A stretch of 64,000 nt of DNA from Rhodospirillaceae bacterium (GCA_018671895.1 JABHGV010000058.1:12759-76758); one strand, 5' to 3'. Counted from the stretch's first letter, positions 28,758-37,559 are shown. Translations and numbers: made by a program. The notes: generated by a model not told the origin, from the letters alone.

Positions 28758-29084
28758 ATGAAAAACAGAACTTTGACTTTAACGGCGGCGGCAACGGCAA
28801 TTGCGCTTGTCACTGCCTTCACCGCCTTTCCCGCAATGGCGCATAACCCCCAGGGCATGGGGAATCATGACATGAAAAGCCAAGGCATGGGTATGGGCAA
28901 AGGAATGATGGGAAAGCACAAGGGCAATATGGCTGAACATCGCGGCAAGGGCATGAAAGGCCAATGCGAAGACCAGGACAAAATGAGCGAATACCGCCAA
29001 GAACACAGAGATGAGCACAAAGGCGAGCACATGGGCAAGAACATGGACAAGCATAAGGGCAACGGCCGTCACAACGCCCGTTGA
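28758..29084 (+). CDS. periplasmic Met/His-rich small protein (possible metal-binding protein)
   Basis: Signal peptide ...FTAFPAMA, then HNPQGMGNHDMKSQGMGMGKGMMGKHKGNMAEH...HKGEHMGKNMDKHKG. Confidence 0.6.
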   Translation: MKNRTLTLTAAATAIALVTAFTAFPAMAHNPQGMGNHDMKSQGMGMGKGMMGKHKGNMAEHRGKGMKGQCEDQDKMSEYRQEHRDEHKGEHMGKNMDKHKGNGRHNAR

Positions 29085-29093
29085 CCCACAGCA

Positions 29094-29135
29094 GGCGGTC
29101 GGCCTGCCTCCCCCGAGGCCGGCCGCCATTTTTTT
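29094..29135 (+). terminator. intrinsic terminator after the Met/His-rich gene
   Basis: GGCGGTCGGCC ... GGCCGGCCGCC stem with one mismatch, followed by ATTTTTTT. Confidence 0.6.
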
Positions 29136-29155
29136 AACCAGCAGGAGAGAGTCTT

Positions 29156-29449
29156 ATGTGGAATGCAACAACCAACAGCCTGATGAGCAACGGCTTTATG
29201 TTGGCTGATTATAGTCGTGAAGGTCATCAATGGGCCGGACACGGCCACGGTCCTGTTTCAATAATCATCGGCATTGCCATCGTCATTCTGATTATCGCAG
29301 TGGTGCGAAAGTTCTGGCACGGCGGCAAGATGTGCGGCCATGGCAGCAGCGGCAATGCCCTCGACACCCTGGCGCAACGCTACGCCAAGGGAGAAATCGA
29401 AAGAGATGAATACATTGAGAAAAGGGACGTCTTGAAGTCCCGTAAATAG
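29156..29449 (+). CDS. SHOCT domain membrane protein with His-rich segments
   Basis: One TM helix (VSIIIGIAIVILIIAVV) and a C-terminal SHOCT-like LAQRYAKGEIERDEYIEKRDVL. His-rich stretches HQWAGHGHG and HGGKMCGHG. Confidence 0.65.
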   Translation: MWNATTNSLMSNGFMLADYSREGHQWAGHGHGPVSIIIGIAIVILIIAVVRKFWHGGKMCGHGSSGNALDTLAQRYAKGEIERDEYIEKRDVLKSRK

Positions 29450-29500
29450 AAACTCAGCCGCCGTCGGTCCATATGGGCAGACGGCGGCAAGAGTTCTGCA

Positions 29501-29821
29501 TCAGGCCTGACGAGAAATCAGGTGATAACCGAAATCGGTCTCGACAATATCGCTGGTTTCATCGACATCCAGGGCAAAAGCTGCCTCTTCAAACGGTTTG
29601 ACCATCTGTCCACGACCGAATGAACCGAGGCTGCCGCCGTTGCTTGAAGACGGGCAATCGGAGTTGGCTTCGGCGACTTCTGCGAAGTCAGCGCCCCCTG
29701 CAATCTTTTCCTTCAATTCATTTATTAGTTCGAGCGCTTCATCCTTGGTGCGGGTTGCGGACGATCGCTGTGATTCCTTATGCATGACAAGGATGTGAGA
29801 GGCGCTGATTTCATCGGACAT
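29501..29821 (-). CDS. parvulin-type peptidyl-prolyl cis-trans isomerase (PpiC-like)
   Basis: ASHILV...GGSLGSFGRGQMVKPFEEAAF...FGYHLI. Confidence 0.85.
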   Translation of the reverse strand: MSDEISASHILVMHKESQRSSATRTKDEALELINELKEKIAGGADFAEVAEANSDCPSSSNGGSLGSFGRGQMVKPFEEAAFALDVDETSDIVETDFGYHLISRQA

Positions 29822-29979
29822 TAAAGGTCCCTCCTTGGGGATATAGTTTTCATAGATGGCGCCCTTTTAGAGCATTGCCCCGCCCCCAGGCAACAACTCG
29901 TTAACAGTTTAGAAAGGATTAAAAAATAGAATCTACAAGTGACTAGAAAGTCACATCGTAATCAAAAGGACAGAATGTT

Positions 29980-30222
29980 ATGACACCGATGAATAATCCT
30001 CAGGCTGCATCTGCTGATGAGATGCTGGCATATAACCTCTGGCAACTGGAAGAAGAACGGGTCGGGCGCGAACGGCGCATGGCGCTGCGTGGGCGCAGGT
30101 TCTTCAGGCCCCTGCCCAAGGGGTGGTGGAAACGCCCGTTTGTGTGGGCCCTTGTCTTCACTGGTGTGTTCATGGCGCGCGACGCCTTTGCCTCGCTACT
30201 GGTAAACCTGCTGGTCAACTAG
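29980..30222 (+). CDS. hypothetical small membrane protein
   Basis: 80-aa ORF with a basic stretch and one C-terminal hydrophobic helix. There is a weak AAAGGA upstream. No family recognised. Confidence 0.3.
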   Translation: MTPMNNPQAASADEMLAYNLWQLEEERVGRERRMALRGRRFFRPLPKGWWKRPFVWALVFTGVFMARDAFASLLVNLLVN

Positions 30223-30253
30223 AGACCGGTTATCATTTCCGTATGACCGCTCC

Positions 30254-30359
30254 TGTGTATAACCCTGTGAATAAGTTTGTTGATAACCTTATTCAAAATG
30301 TTGATAAAATTATTATTTGTAAATTTTCAATAAGTTATGTTGTGGACAAGTTATCCACA
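30254..30359. promoter_or_regulatory. cluster of six DnaA-box-like 9-mers flanking an AT-rich stretch, upstream of hemA
   Basis: There is one perfect TTATCCACA (30351-30359). Five 1-mismatch boxes lie on the other strand at 30254, 30266, 30278, 30299 and 30341. Confidence 0.55.
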
Positions 30360-30504
30360 GATAAGAACAGCTCCCCATTTTCAAGCGTCGTTTCCATAAG
30401 CAAATCCCCGACTTGCGGTCCCCTGACCAGTTCAAGTAATATAACGGACCGTCCACAAACTTGCGGCGGTTTAACAAACGCCGATCCCTGGGAGTCGACT
30501 TTAA

Positions 30505-31719
30505 ATGGATTACGAGAAATTCTTTTCCGACAGCATCGCCGACCTGAAATCAGAAGGTCGCTACCGGATCTTCTGTGACCTTGAACGCAAGGCCGGTGAA
30601 TTTCCAAGGGCGCTCAACCATCGCCCCAACGGTGAAGTTCATGAAATCACTGTCTGGTGCTCCAATGACTACATGGGCATGGGGCAAAATGAACACACCC
30701 TGTCCGCCATGCATGAAGCCATCGACAAGTGCGGTGCCGGAGCAGGTGGTACCCGCAATATTTCCGGCACCAACCATTACCATGTGCTTCTGGAACAGGA
30801 ACTGGCCGATTTGCACGGCAAAGAATCGGCGCTGATTTTCAATTCCGGCTGGATGGCCAACATGACGGCGTTGAGCACACTGGGGGCGATGATTCCCGGC
30901 TGCGTAATCGTGTCAGATTCCCACAATCACAATTCAATGATTGAAGGCATTCGCCATTCGCGTGCCGAAAAGAAAATCTTCAAACACAACGATGTCGAAG
31001 ACCTGGACCGTTTCCTCAGTCAGTACGATGTCGACACGCCCAAACTGGTTGCTTTTGAGTCCGTTTATTCAATGGATGGGGATATAGCCCCAATCAAAGA
31101 AATCTGCGATGTCGCCGACAAACACAACGCCATGACCTTCCTTGATGAAGTGCACGCTGTCGGCATGTACGGACCGCGAGGTGGCGGTGTCGCCGAACGC
31201 GACGGTCTGATGGATCGCATCACCATTGTCCAGGGCACCCTGGCCAAGGCCTTCGGTGTTGTTGGCGGTTACATCGCCGGGTCAGACGCCATGTGCGACT
31301 TTATCCGCTCCAACGGATCCGGCTTTATCTTCTCATCTTCGATCCCGCCGGGAGTAGCGGCCGCAGCCAAGGCTTCGATCAAGCACCTGAAGGAACACAA
31401 CGAGTTGCGCGAACGCCATCAGGAACGCGCCGCCACCCTGAAACGTCGACTGACGGAAGTCGGCATCCCGGTGATGCCGTCGGTCAGCCACATTGTGCCA
31501 GTGCTGGTTGGCGACGCAGTCCTGTGTAAACAGGCCAGTGATGACCTGTTGTTGAAACACGACATTTACGTCCAGCCGATCAACTATCCGACCGTAGCAC
31601 GTGGCACCGAACGCCTGCGCTTTACACCGACCCCCCTGCACACGGACGAACACATGGACCATCTGGTCACATCGATCCGCGAGGTGTGGAACCGTTTGGG
31701 ATTGAAGGAAGCGGCCTGA
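30505..31719 (+). CDS. hemA: 5-aminolevulinate synthase
   Basis: The N-terminus reads [26 protein letters not shown]-enzyme motifs ESVYSMDGD and GTLAKAFG are present. 404 aa. Confidence 0.92.
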   Translation: MDYEKFFSDSIADLKSEGRYRIFCDLERKAGEFPRALNHRPNGEVHEITVWCSNDYMGMGQNEHTLSAMHEAIDKCGAGAGGTRNISGTNHYHVLLEQELADLHGKESALIFNSGWMANMTALSTLGAMIPGCVIVSDSHNHNSMIEGIRHSRAEKKIFKHNDVEDLDRFLSQYDVDTPKLVAFESVYSMDGDIAPIKEICDVADKHNAMTFLDEVHAVGMYGPRGGGVAERDGLMDRITIVQGTLAKAFGVVGGYIAGSDAMCDFIRSNGSGFIFSSSIPPGVAAAAKASIKHLKEHNELRERHQERAATLKRRLTEVGIPVMPSVSHIVPVLVGDAVLCKQASDDLLLKHDIYVQPINYPTVARGTERLRFTPTPLHTDEHMDHLVTSIREVWNRLGLKEAA

Positions 31720-31796
31720 TCCCTGAATGGACTAAGGGCGCCCGTAGGCGTAAAATCGGATTCTCTTAAAGATGTAACGGCAGGAAATCGACCCGA

Positions 31797-32342
31797 ATGT
31801 TTGCCGATAACACCTTGACCCCTAAAGAAGCGGTGCGTCTGTGCGCCCTTGGCACAATGGCGCTTCGGCCCATGACCTATGCCGGGCTGGCCAATTCCAT
31901 CCGCCATTTCATCAGCCGCATCACCGGGCCGTCACTGGACGTTATGGGCGTTTCCATCGAATTGCTGATTTATGAAGGCCTGATTGAAGCCGTTAACGGT
32001 GAAGGTATGTCGGACGACGCCGAACTGGTGATTACCGACAAGGGCCGCGCCGAACTGACGTCATTGCTGAAAGCCAACGTGCGACCGGCTGCAACGGAAA
32101 TAAGTAAACTGGTGGTCGCCTTGAAGTTCCGTTTCCTGCATTTGCTAGAGTCCGCCGACAGAATCGATCAGGCCGAACTGTTGATTGAGATGACAGAAAA
32201 CGAGCTGGCACGGCTGGATGATTTGTGCGCACACCACACAAACAATGAGGGATACCTCGTCGTCTGGCTTCAACATGACATCGAATTGCTGGAATCGCGT
32301 CTGGACTGGCTGAAAGAATTCCAGGCGTCATTAGCGACTTAA
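31797..32342 (+). CDS. hypothetical protein, possibly a PadR-like winged-helix regulator
   Basis: The N-terminal ~90 aa loosely resemble PadR (LCALGTMALRPMTYAGL...LIYEGLIEAV...ITDKGRAEL). This is a weak call. Confidence 0.4.
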   Translation: MFADNTLTPKEAVRLCALGTMALRPMTYAGLANSIRHFISRITGPSLDVMGVSIELLIYEGLIEAVNGEGMSDDAELVITDKGRAELTSLLKANVRPAATEISKLVVALKFRFLHLLESADRIDQAELLIEMTENELARLDDLCAHHTNNEGYLVVWLQHDIELLESRLDWLKEFQASLAT

Positions 32343-32830
32343 CGGGTCAGCTTTTCAACCACTGCGGCCAAACCATTCAGAACTTCTGTTCCGGCGGCTC
32401 CGCCGTCGCCTTCCATACGCTGAGCGATAACGACTTTCATAGCGCTGACGTACAGGCCGATAACCTCGACGTCCACATCAGAAGCGGTTTCCTTATCCTC
32501 GATAAACCGACATAGATCGTTGCCCAGAATAGTCATCAGGTCGTAATTGAAACTGCCGCCCTGACCTTTCATGTCATGGGCGATGCCAAAGATGGTTTCC
32601 ATGCGTTCCTTGGCATTGTCCCTATCGCCGATCAGACCGTCATATGACTTCTGCAACTTGACCAGGTCTTCCTCGACCCATTCAAGGTAGTTGTCGGCCA
32701 TGCCGGCGATGACGGCTTCGGCTCGTTCAATCGCTTCAAGATCGACGGCACCGGGGCCACCCTTGCTAACTTTCGCGCTTAATGTGTTTGGCGGCTTGAT
32801 TACCTGTACGTCTTCGTCGCTCATCAGCAT
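32339..32830 (-). CDS. Hpt (histidine phosphotransfer) domain protein
   Basis: HDMKGQGGSFNY is a typical HxxKG Hpt motif. The start at ATG 32830 is preceded by TTAGGA. Confidence 0.7.
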   Translation of the reverse strand: MLMSDEDVQVIKPPNTLSAKVSKGGPGAVDLEAIERAEAVIAGMADNYLEWVEEDLVKLQKSYDGLIGDRDNAKERMETIFGIAHDMKGQGGSFNYDLMTILGNDLCRFIEDKETASDVDVEVIGLYVSAMKVVIAQRMEGDGGAAGTEVLNGLAAVVEKLTR

Positions 32831-32896
32831 TCCTAAATCTACGTTTAAAACCAAGCCTACCGGTGTGAAAAACACAGGGCAAGCTGCATCAATAAC

Positions 32897-33457
32897 TTAG
32901 CCGTTCAACAGGGCCTCGACCTCATCTTGAGACAGTTCAGCTTCTTCATCACCGCCCTCGGTCACGGCGGCTTCCTTTCGGCGCTCTCCGCCCATATAGG
33001 CTGGGTTATCACGGCGTCGCCTGTCGGGACCAAAATACAATCCTGCACGCACAAAAGGGCGCGGACGTTCAATGATAGAACGGACCCGGGAGTATAACCC
33101 CTTTGCCGAAATCGGCTTAGCCAGAAACTCACTGACACCGGCATCGCGGGCTTCTACGACGCGGTTCATTTCCGTGTGTCCCGTCAACATGATGATCGGC
33201 ACGAACGGATTGGGACTGTCCTTACCGGTGCGCACAAGCCGCGTAAAATCGAGACCGTCAAGGGGGTCCATATTCCAGTCACAAATGATGATATCAGCGG
33301 GAAAATGACGCAATTCCTTGAAAGCATCGGCACCGTCACCCGCGTCGATACAGTTCTTTACGCCCAAGGCATGCAAAATGCTCGTGACGAGTGCACGCAT
33401 GTGCTTGTTGTCATCGACAATCAAAAAGTTCAGTCGCTCAAGGTTGTACTCTGCCAT
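32897..33457 (-). CDS. single-domain CheY-like response regulator with an Arg-rich C-terminal tail (paralog 1)
   Basis: LIVDDN, IIICDWNMDPLDG, IIMLTG and LAKP, then RPFVRAGLYFGPDRRRRDNPAYMGGERRK. Confidence 0.85.
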   Translation of the reverse strand: MAEYNLERLNFLIVDDNKHMRALVTSILHALGVKNCIDAGDGADAFKELRHFPADIIICDWNMDPLDGLDFTRLVRTGKDSPNPFVPIIMLTGHTEMNRVVEARDAGVSEFLAKPISAKGLYSRVRSIIERPRPFVRAGLYFGPDRRRRDNPAYMGGERRKEAAVTEGGDEEAELSQDEVEALLNG

Positions 33458-33587
33458 ACGATAAAGAGACTCTCCCAGGCCTCACACTCAAGACCAACTA
33501 ACATGCTACAAATAGTGACATATCCTTAACAAATAGTCACACCTGCAAGGGACTTTATATGAAATAAAACACCCTGATGATGACAAG

Positions 33588-34109
33588 CTAACTTGCATCG
33601 CCATTGGGTGAAACCTCTTTGCCTCGCTTCACGCGGCGGTCTTCGCCATCGAATTCACCGTCCTTACGACGACGGTCAGGGCCGAAGAAATCTTCGCTCT
33701 TAATGAAGGGCCGATCATCCTCAAGGACTGAAACAATCCTTGACATCAATGACTTAGCGGAAATAGGCTTGCCCAGGAAGTCATTGACCCCGGCGTCACG
33801 GGCCTGCTTGGCAAGACTTTCTTCGGTGTAACCGGTGATCATTATGATCGGCAGGAATTTTGTGACTTCGACAGGCTCCGAGCGAATTCGACGCACACAT
33901 TCCAGTCCATCAACACCGTCCATTTTCCAGTCAACGATCGCTAGGTCGGCTTCAAAACTTGATAAAACCTCAAGCGCCTCTGCACCGTCGCGGGCTTCTT
34001 CAATATCTTCGAATCCCAGGGCCTGAAGAATGGTTCTGATGAGTGTACGGAAATGCAGATTGTCTTCGACAATCAGCACAGCAACCTGCTCCAGATCCAA
34101 ATCCGCCAT
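33588..34109 (-). CDS. single-domain CheY-like response regulator with an Arg-rich C-terminal tail (paralog 2)
   Basis: LIVEDN, LAIVDWKMDGVDG, IIMITG and LGKP, then RPFIKSEDFFGPDRRRKDGEFDGEDRR. Start chosen at MADLDLEQ. Confidence 0.85.
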   Translation of the reverse strand: MADLDLEQVAVLIVEDNLHFRTLIRTILQALGFEDIEEARDGAEALEVLSSFEADLAIVDWKMDGVDGLECVRRIRSEPVEVTKFLPIIMITGYTEESLAKQARDAGVNDFLGKPISAKSLMSRIVSVLEDDRPFIKSEDFFGPDRRRKDGEFDGEDRRVKRGKEVSPNGDAS

Positions 34110-34216
34110 AAGCCCTCCCCGGCCCAACACTCATTTCAATTGCCTGTTCGTGTTTTTAATTGTCAGCTGCAATTGAGTACCTGACTAATATACAGGTATA
34201 TTCACACCGTCCTCAA

Positions 34217-34642
34217 CTACAACAATCCCAGACCTTTCAGTTCAGCCGCCATTTCCGGTGGTAAACAGGCATCAACTTGGTCCGGCGAGCCATCCTCCAG
34301 GTCCCGTGGCGCGTCTTTGACATCCAGGTATCGCCATCTCTGAAAGGCCCTGAATTCCTTTAATTCAGTCCTGACCAGTTGCGGGTCCAGAACCAGCGCA
34401 CAAGACGGTTTGCCCTCGGAATTGACGCCGCGTTCAATGCCCAGCAATCGTTGGCGGACACGGATAAAACGCTTGATCACCCAATAGATGGAACCGCCCT
34501 TGAGAAGCTGGTCCGCTCGTTTCGGTGTGTTGCGGGTAATGTGTGCCAGAACGCCCTCGTTCTTCAGACGACTTTCCTGAATCCGGGCCAGATGCTCTAC
34601 ATCCTCGACACCAACCGAAAGCTTGATTATATGCCAGATCAT
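34217..34642 (-). CDS. DUF1489 family protein
   Basis: MIWHIIKLSVGVEDVEHL...GGSIYWVIK matches my memory of the DUF1489 N-terminus. An alternative GTG start at 34654 overlaps the stop of the upstream receiver gene. Confidence 0.6.
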   Translation of the reverse strand: MIWHIIKLSVGVEDVEHLARIQESRLKNEGVLAHITRNTPKRADQLLKGGSIYWVIKRFIRVRQRLLGIERGVNSEGKPSCALVLDPQLVRTELKEFRAFQRWRYLDVKDAPRDLEDGSPDQVDACLPPEMAAELKGLGLL

Positions 34643-34650
34643 ATGGGGTC

Positions 34651-35160
34651 TCACATGCCCTTTGAATAATCGTAGGCAATTTGGCGTTTATCCTCGCCCA
34701 TGAATTCGAGTTGTCGGCGACGCCTGTCGGGTCCGAAATAACTTTCGGTCCGAATGAACGGGCGTGGATTTTCAATGATCGAGCAAATTCTTTTGTACAG
34801 CAGCTTTGCCGATATGGGTTTCGCCAGAAACTCGTTAATACCCGCATCTCGGGCCTCGACAATTTTGTCCATCCCCAATTCACCGGAAACCATGATGATG
34901 GAAGCGAATGGATCGGTGCCATGCTCTCCTGACCGGATATTGCGCACCAGATCAATCCCGCCCATGGGCTCCATTAGGTTGTCGGTGAAGATGATATCTA
35001 TCTCATTGGTTTCCAGGGTTTTCAAGGCATGTTCTCCACTATGAGACTCCTTGATGTCACGTATACCAAGCGCCCTGAGGACTCGCTTGAGGATCAAAAG
35101 CATCGGTTCATAATCGTCAACGACCAGAACCTTCAGTTCGCTAATGTTGAAATCAGACAT
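34651..35160 (-). CDS. single-domain CheY-like response regulator with an Arg-rich C-terminal tail (paralog 3)
   Basis: LVVDDY, IIFTDNLMEPMGG, IIMVSG and LAKP, then RPFIRTESYFGPDRRRRQLEFMGEDKR. Start chosen at MSDFNISE. Confidence 0.85.
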   Translation of the reverse strand: MSDFNISELKVLVVDDYEPMLLILKRVLRALGIRDIKESHSGEHALKTLETNEIDIIFTDNLMEPMGGIDLVRNIRSGEHGTDPFASIIMVSGELGMDKIVEARDAGINEFLAKPISAKLLYKRICSIIENPRPFIRTESYFGPDRRRRQLEFMGEDKRQIAYDYSKGM

Positions 35161-35244
35161 ATTCCCCAAAGTATCCAGAACACAGTTATTGTTGCCTTGG
35201 GTATCAGCATAGAACAAAAGACGTTGAAACAATCTACCGAATCT

Positions 35245-35874
35245 CTACCACCCACCACTCTGTAGCCATTTTTTCACCATCCACAATCGGTCCGATCCCC
35301 AGAACCCTTCGCCATCGACAATAATATATGGCGATCCGAAAACGCCTCGCGCGATGGCCGCGTCAGTTTCATCACGCAGTCGTTGCTTGACGGCATCATC
35401 GCCAAGAGCGTCCAGGATATTATTTCTGTCCATATGAAGCGCCTCGGCGATGTCAGCGACAGATTCGGGATTGCTGATATCTTTCCCTTCGCCAAAACAG
35501 GCGTGAAACAGGGACTTCGCCAACAGTCTCGCCTGCAACGGGTCGCGGTCTTCAGCCCAGTAAAAGGCCCTGGCCGCAGCGACCGTCGACAGTGGGAATT
35601 TCTCCGGCAACACCATCGGCACATCCATATAGCGCGCCATGCGTTGCCAGTCGTGTTTGGCATAGTCGCCCCTGAGCGGTTGATCGGCCAAGGGTTTGGC
35701 ACCGCTAACCTTGAATGCGGCACCGAGCAGAATAGGCCGCCAACGAACATCTCGGTCGTGTGCTGCGGCCAGTTCGTCAATCTTTACAGATGCGAAGTAC
35801 CCGTAGGGGGAGGAAAAATCGAAATAGAAATCTATCGGTCCAGACAAAACGTCACCATGGGATCTCTGCGCCAT
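35245..35874 (-). CDS. 2-hydroxychromene-2-carboxylate isomerase family (DsbA-like) protein
   Basis: IDFYFDFSSPYGYF is followed later by GVFGSPYIIVDGEGFWGSDRL. Confidence 0.8.
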   Translation of the reverse strand: MAQRSHGDVLSGPIDFYFDFSSPYGYFASVKIDELAAAHDRDVRWRPILLGAAFKVSGAKPLADQPLRGDYAKHDWQRMARYMDVPMVLPEKFPLSTVAAARAFYWAEDRDPLQARLLAKSLFHACFGEGKDISNPESVADIAEALHMDRNNILDALGDDAVKQRLRDETDAAIARGVFGSPYIIVDGEGFWGSDRLWMVKKWLQSGGW

Positions 35875-36535
35875 CGTAATTCAACATCCTGCCGGAGGTC
35901 TCGAGCGTCAATCCATCAATCACCCGGCGCATTCCGCTGACACTTTCTTCGGCATCGATCAGGCCACTGGGGCCGCCCATGTCGGTACGGACCCATCCGG
36001 GATGCAACATGGCAACTGATATGCCACGTGGGCTTAAATCCACTGACAGGCTTTTCATTACCGCATTCAGGGCCGCCTTTGATGAGCGATAGATATAACT
36101 GCCGCCTGCCTCATTGTCGGCTATAGAGCCCATTTTGCTGGTGATCGAAATAATTTTTTTCAAATCGCTGGCGGCGACGTTTTCAAGAAAGCATTCCGTT
36201 ACCTTCAACGGTGACATGGTGTTGACATGCATGACATCGTCCCAGGCCGCATAATCAACCCCGCCAAGCTTCACCGGTCTGGGACCATAGACACCGGCGT
36301 TATTCAAAAGCAGGTCGATGGGCTCCTTGCGCAGAGACTTCGCCAAAGCCTGTATCGATGCGTGGTCGGTTATATCGAGCTGGTGGACGCCGATGTCACC
36401 GTCAATATCGGCGAGCCCCGGGGCCGCCTTTTCTTCGCGACAGGTCGCAATAACGCGCCAGCCGTCAGCCACGTATTGGCGAGCGAATTCCAGCCCAAGC
36501 CCCCTGTTGGCTCCTGTAATCAAGACTGTCGGCAT
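35852..36535 (-). CDS. SDR family oxidoreductase
   Basis: VLITGANRGLGLEFARQY, NNAG and YRSSKAA (YxxxK) are present. Confidence 0.85.
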   Translation of the reverse strand: MPTVLITGANRGLGLEFARQYVADGWRVIATCREEKAAPGLADIDGDIGVHQLDITDHASIQALAKSLRKEPIDLLLNNAGVYGPRPVKLGGVDYAAWDDVMHVNTMSPLKVTECFLENVAASDLKKIISITSKMGSIADNEAGGSYIYRSSKAALNAVMKSLSVDLSPRGISVAMLHPGWVRTDMGGPSGLIDAEESVSGMRRVIDGLTLETSGRMLNYDGAEIPW

Positions 36536-36538
36536 CAG

Positions 36539-37465
36539 TTATTTTCTCCCCGTTTCACTATCCAGAATACGTACTGTTTCAACCATCAGACGGGCAGTCA
36601 TTGCCAGCGCCGCGGGTTTGATCGTGTCTGGATGATCGCCCGGCGTATGATACGTCTGAAATATCATCGGGCGCAGAAATTTTATCAGCCACAGGGGATT
36701 ATCTGGATTATCAACATAGCGCCGCAACGTCTGTTCATCATCTTTCGGCAGCACGGTAACCCCAACACCGACAACCCCCTTGTCATAAAAGGCCCGATGA
36801 TCACTGCTGAAGCGCGGAACACCACCGTGCAAACCGTTGTAGATACCAAACTTGTCCCCGGCCTTTTGCATGGCCCGGACCATGTCTGATTTCCGGGTAC
36901 CCGACCCGACATCCCAGACACCGAAGGCATCGCCGATGCCGCACATTTCGAAACTGGCGATCCCAATGGCGCCGAGCACATCCGGCCTTTCGGCGTGATT
37001 CTTTGCCCCCAACAGGCCATATTCCTCGCCATCGCTGAACAGGAACCGGACACGCAGATTCTGAGGCGGTTGGGCTTTCAGGGATTGTAGCGCCGACAGG
37101 GCGGCGGCGACGCATGATGCATTATCGTTAGCAGCGGGCGTATCGGGAACCGGGTCCGTATGGGCGGCGATGATCAGCAATCTTTCGCCCCGACCGACAT
37201 CGGCGACGATATTGCGCCCTTCGAAACTGCGGTATACGAACGGCTCTTCCATATAGGTAATAGAAGCGGCATCAAGAGCATCTTTAACGGCATCCGTACG
37301 ACCGGCCCTGTCACGGCCCGACAATACCCGGACAAAAGCCATCGGCGATGGCGCTTTCAGATATTCAGACATTTCAAGGGGCCGCGGTGGTGCCGGGTCG
37401 CCACACGACGCCAACAACCCGACCATCAGGGCTGCAAGCCCCGCAATACCAAGTGATTTGACCAT
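36539..37465 (-). CDS. M28 family metallopeptidase, lipoprotein
   Basis: Lipobox LLASCG, with HTDPV, NDNASCVAA and FSDGEEYGLLG metal-ligand contexts. Confidence 0.8.
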   Translation of the reverse strand: MVKSLGIAGLAALMVGLLASCGDPAPPRPLEMSEYLKAPSPMAFVRVLSGRDRAGRTDAVKDALDAASITYMEEPFVYRSFEGRNIVADVGRGERLLIIAAHTDPVPDTPAANDNASCVAAALSALQSLKAQPPQNLRVRFLFSDGEEYGLLGAKNHAERPDVLGAIGIASFEMCGIGDAFGVWDVGSGTRKSDMVRAMQKAGDKFGIYNGLHGGVPRFSSDHRAFYDKGVVGVGVTVLPKDDEQTLRRYVDNPDNPLWLIKFLRPMIFQTYHTPGDHPDTIKPAALAMTARLMVETVRILDSETGRK

Positions 37466-37544
37466 CTGCGAAGGCTACTGAACGGCGAGGCAAAGGTAAA
37501 GCGCCCCATTCCGGGGCTTGCAAGTTGCCATACAAAGGATTAAT

Positions 37545-37559
37545 GTTCTTGTTATGTTC
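37545..37559 (+). promoter_or_regulatory. alphaproteobacterial LexA (SOS) box GTTC-N7-GTTC
   Basis: The sequence GTTCTTGTTATGTTC overlaps a putative -10 (TAATGT, 37541-37546; -35 TTGCAA at 37518-37523) and the umuD ATG at 37554. Confidence 0.75.

Noticed and set aside
27847-28800. The full 317-aa ORF as the response regulator.
   Set aside because: The first 74 codons (Cys/Phe-rich, and overlapping the start of the divergent gene) have no receiver homology. The canonical receiver starts at METTPHILIVDDD (28578).
28779-29129. A 116-aa minus-strand ORF rich in His, Ala and Leu, opposite the Met/His-rich gene.
   Set aside because: It is the mirror frame of the repeat-rich plus-strand gene. The plus-strand gene has a signal peptide, a divergent promoter region and a terminator. 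The antisense ORF has none of these.
30223-30504. The DnaA-box cluster with an AT-rich core as the chromosomal origin of replication (oriC).
   Set aside because: Gene orientation does not switch here. Genes to the right are predominantly on the minus strand, including the secY-adk-rpsM-rpsK-rpoA-rplQ operon at 60-64 kb. That operon would be head-on to forks leaving an origin at 30.3 kb. The classical alphaproteobacterial origin neighbour is hemE, not the ALA synthase hemA. I kept it as a DnaA-binding cluster of unknown role. GC skew or marker frequency would settle it.
37518-37553. The TTG start at 37518 for umuD.
   Set aside because: That TTG is the first half of the probable -35 hexamer TTGCAA. 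The LexA box and -10 lie inside this extension. ATG 37554 gives an N-terminus of the length seen in UmuD.
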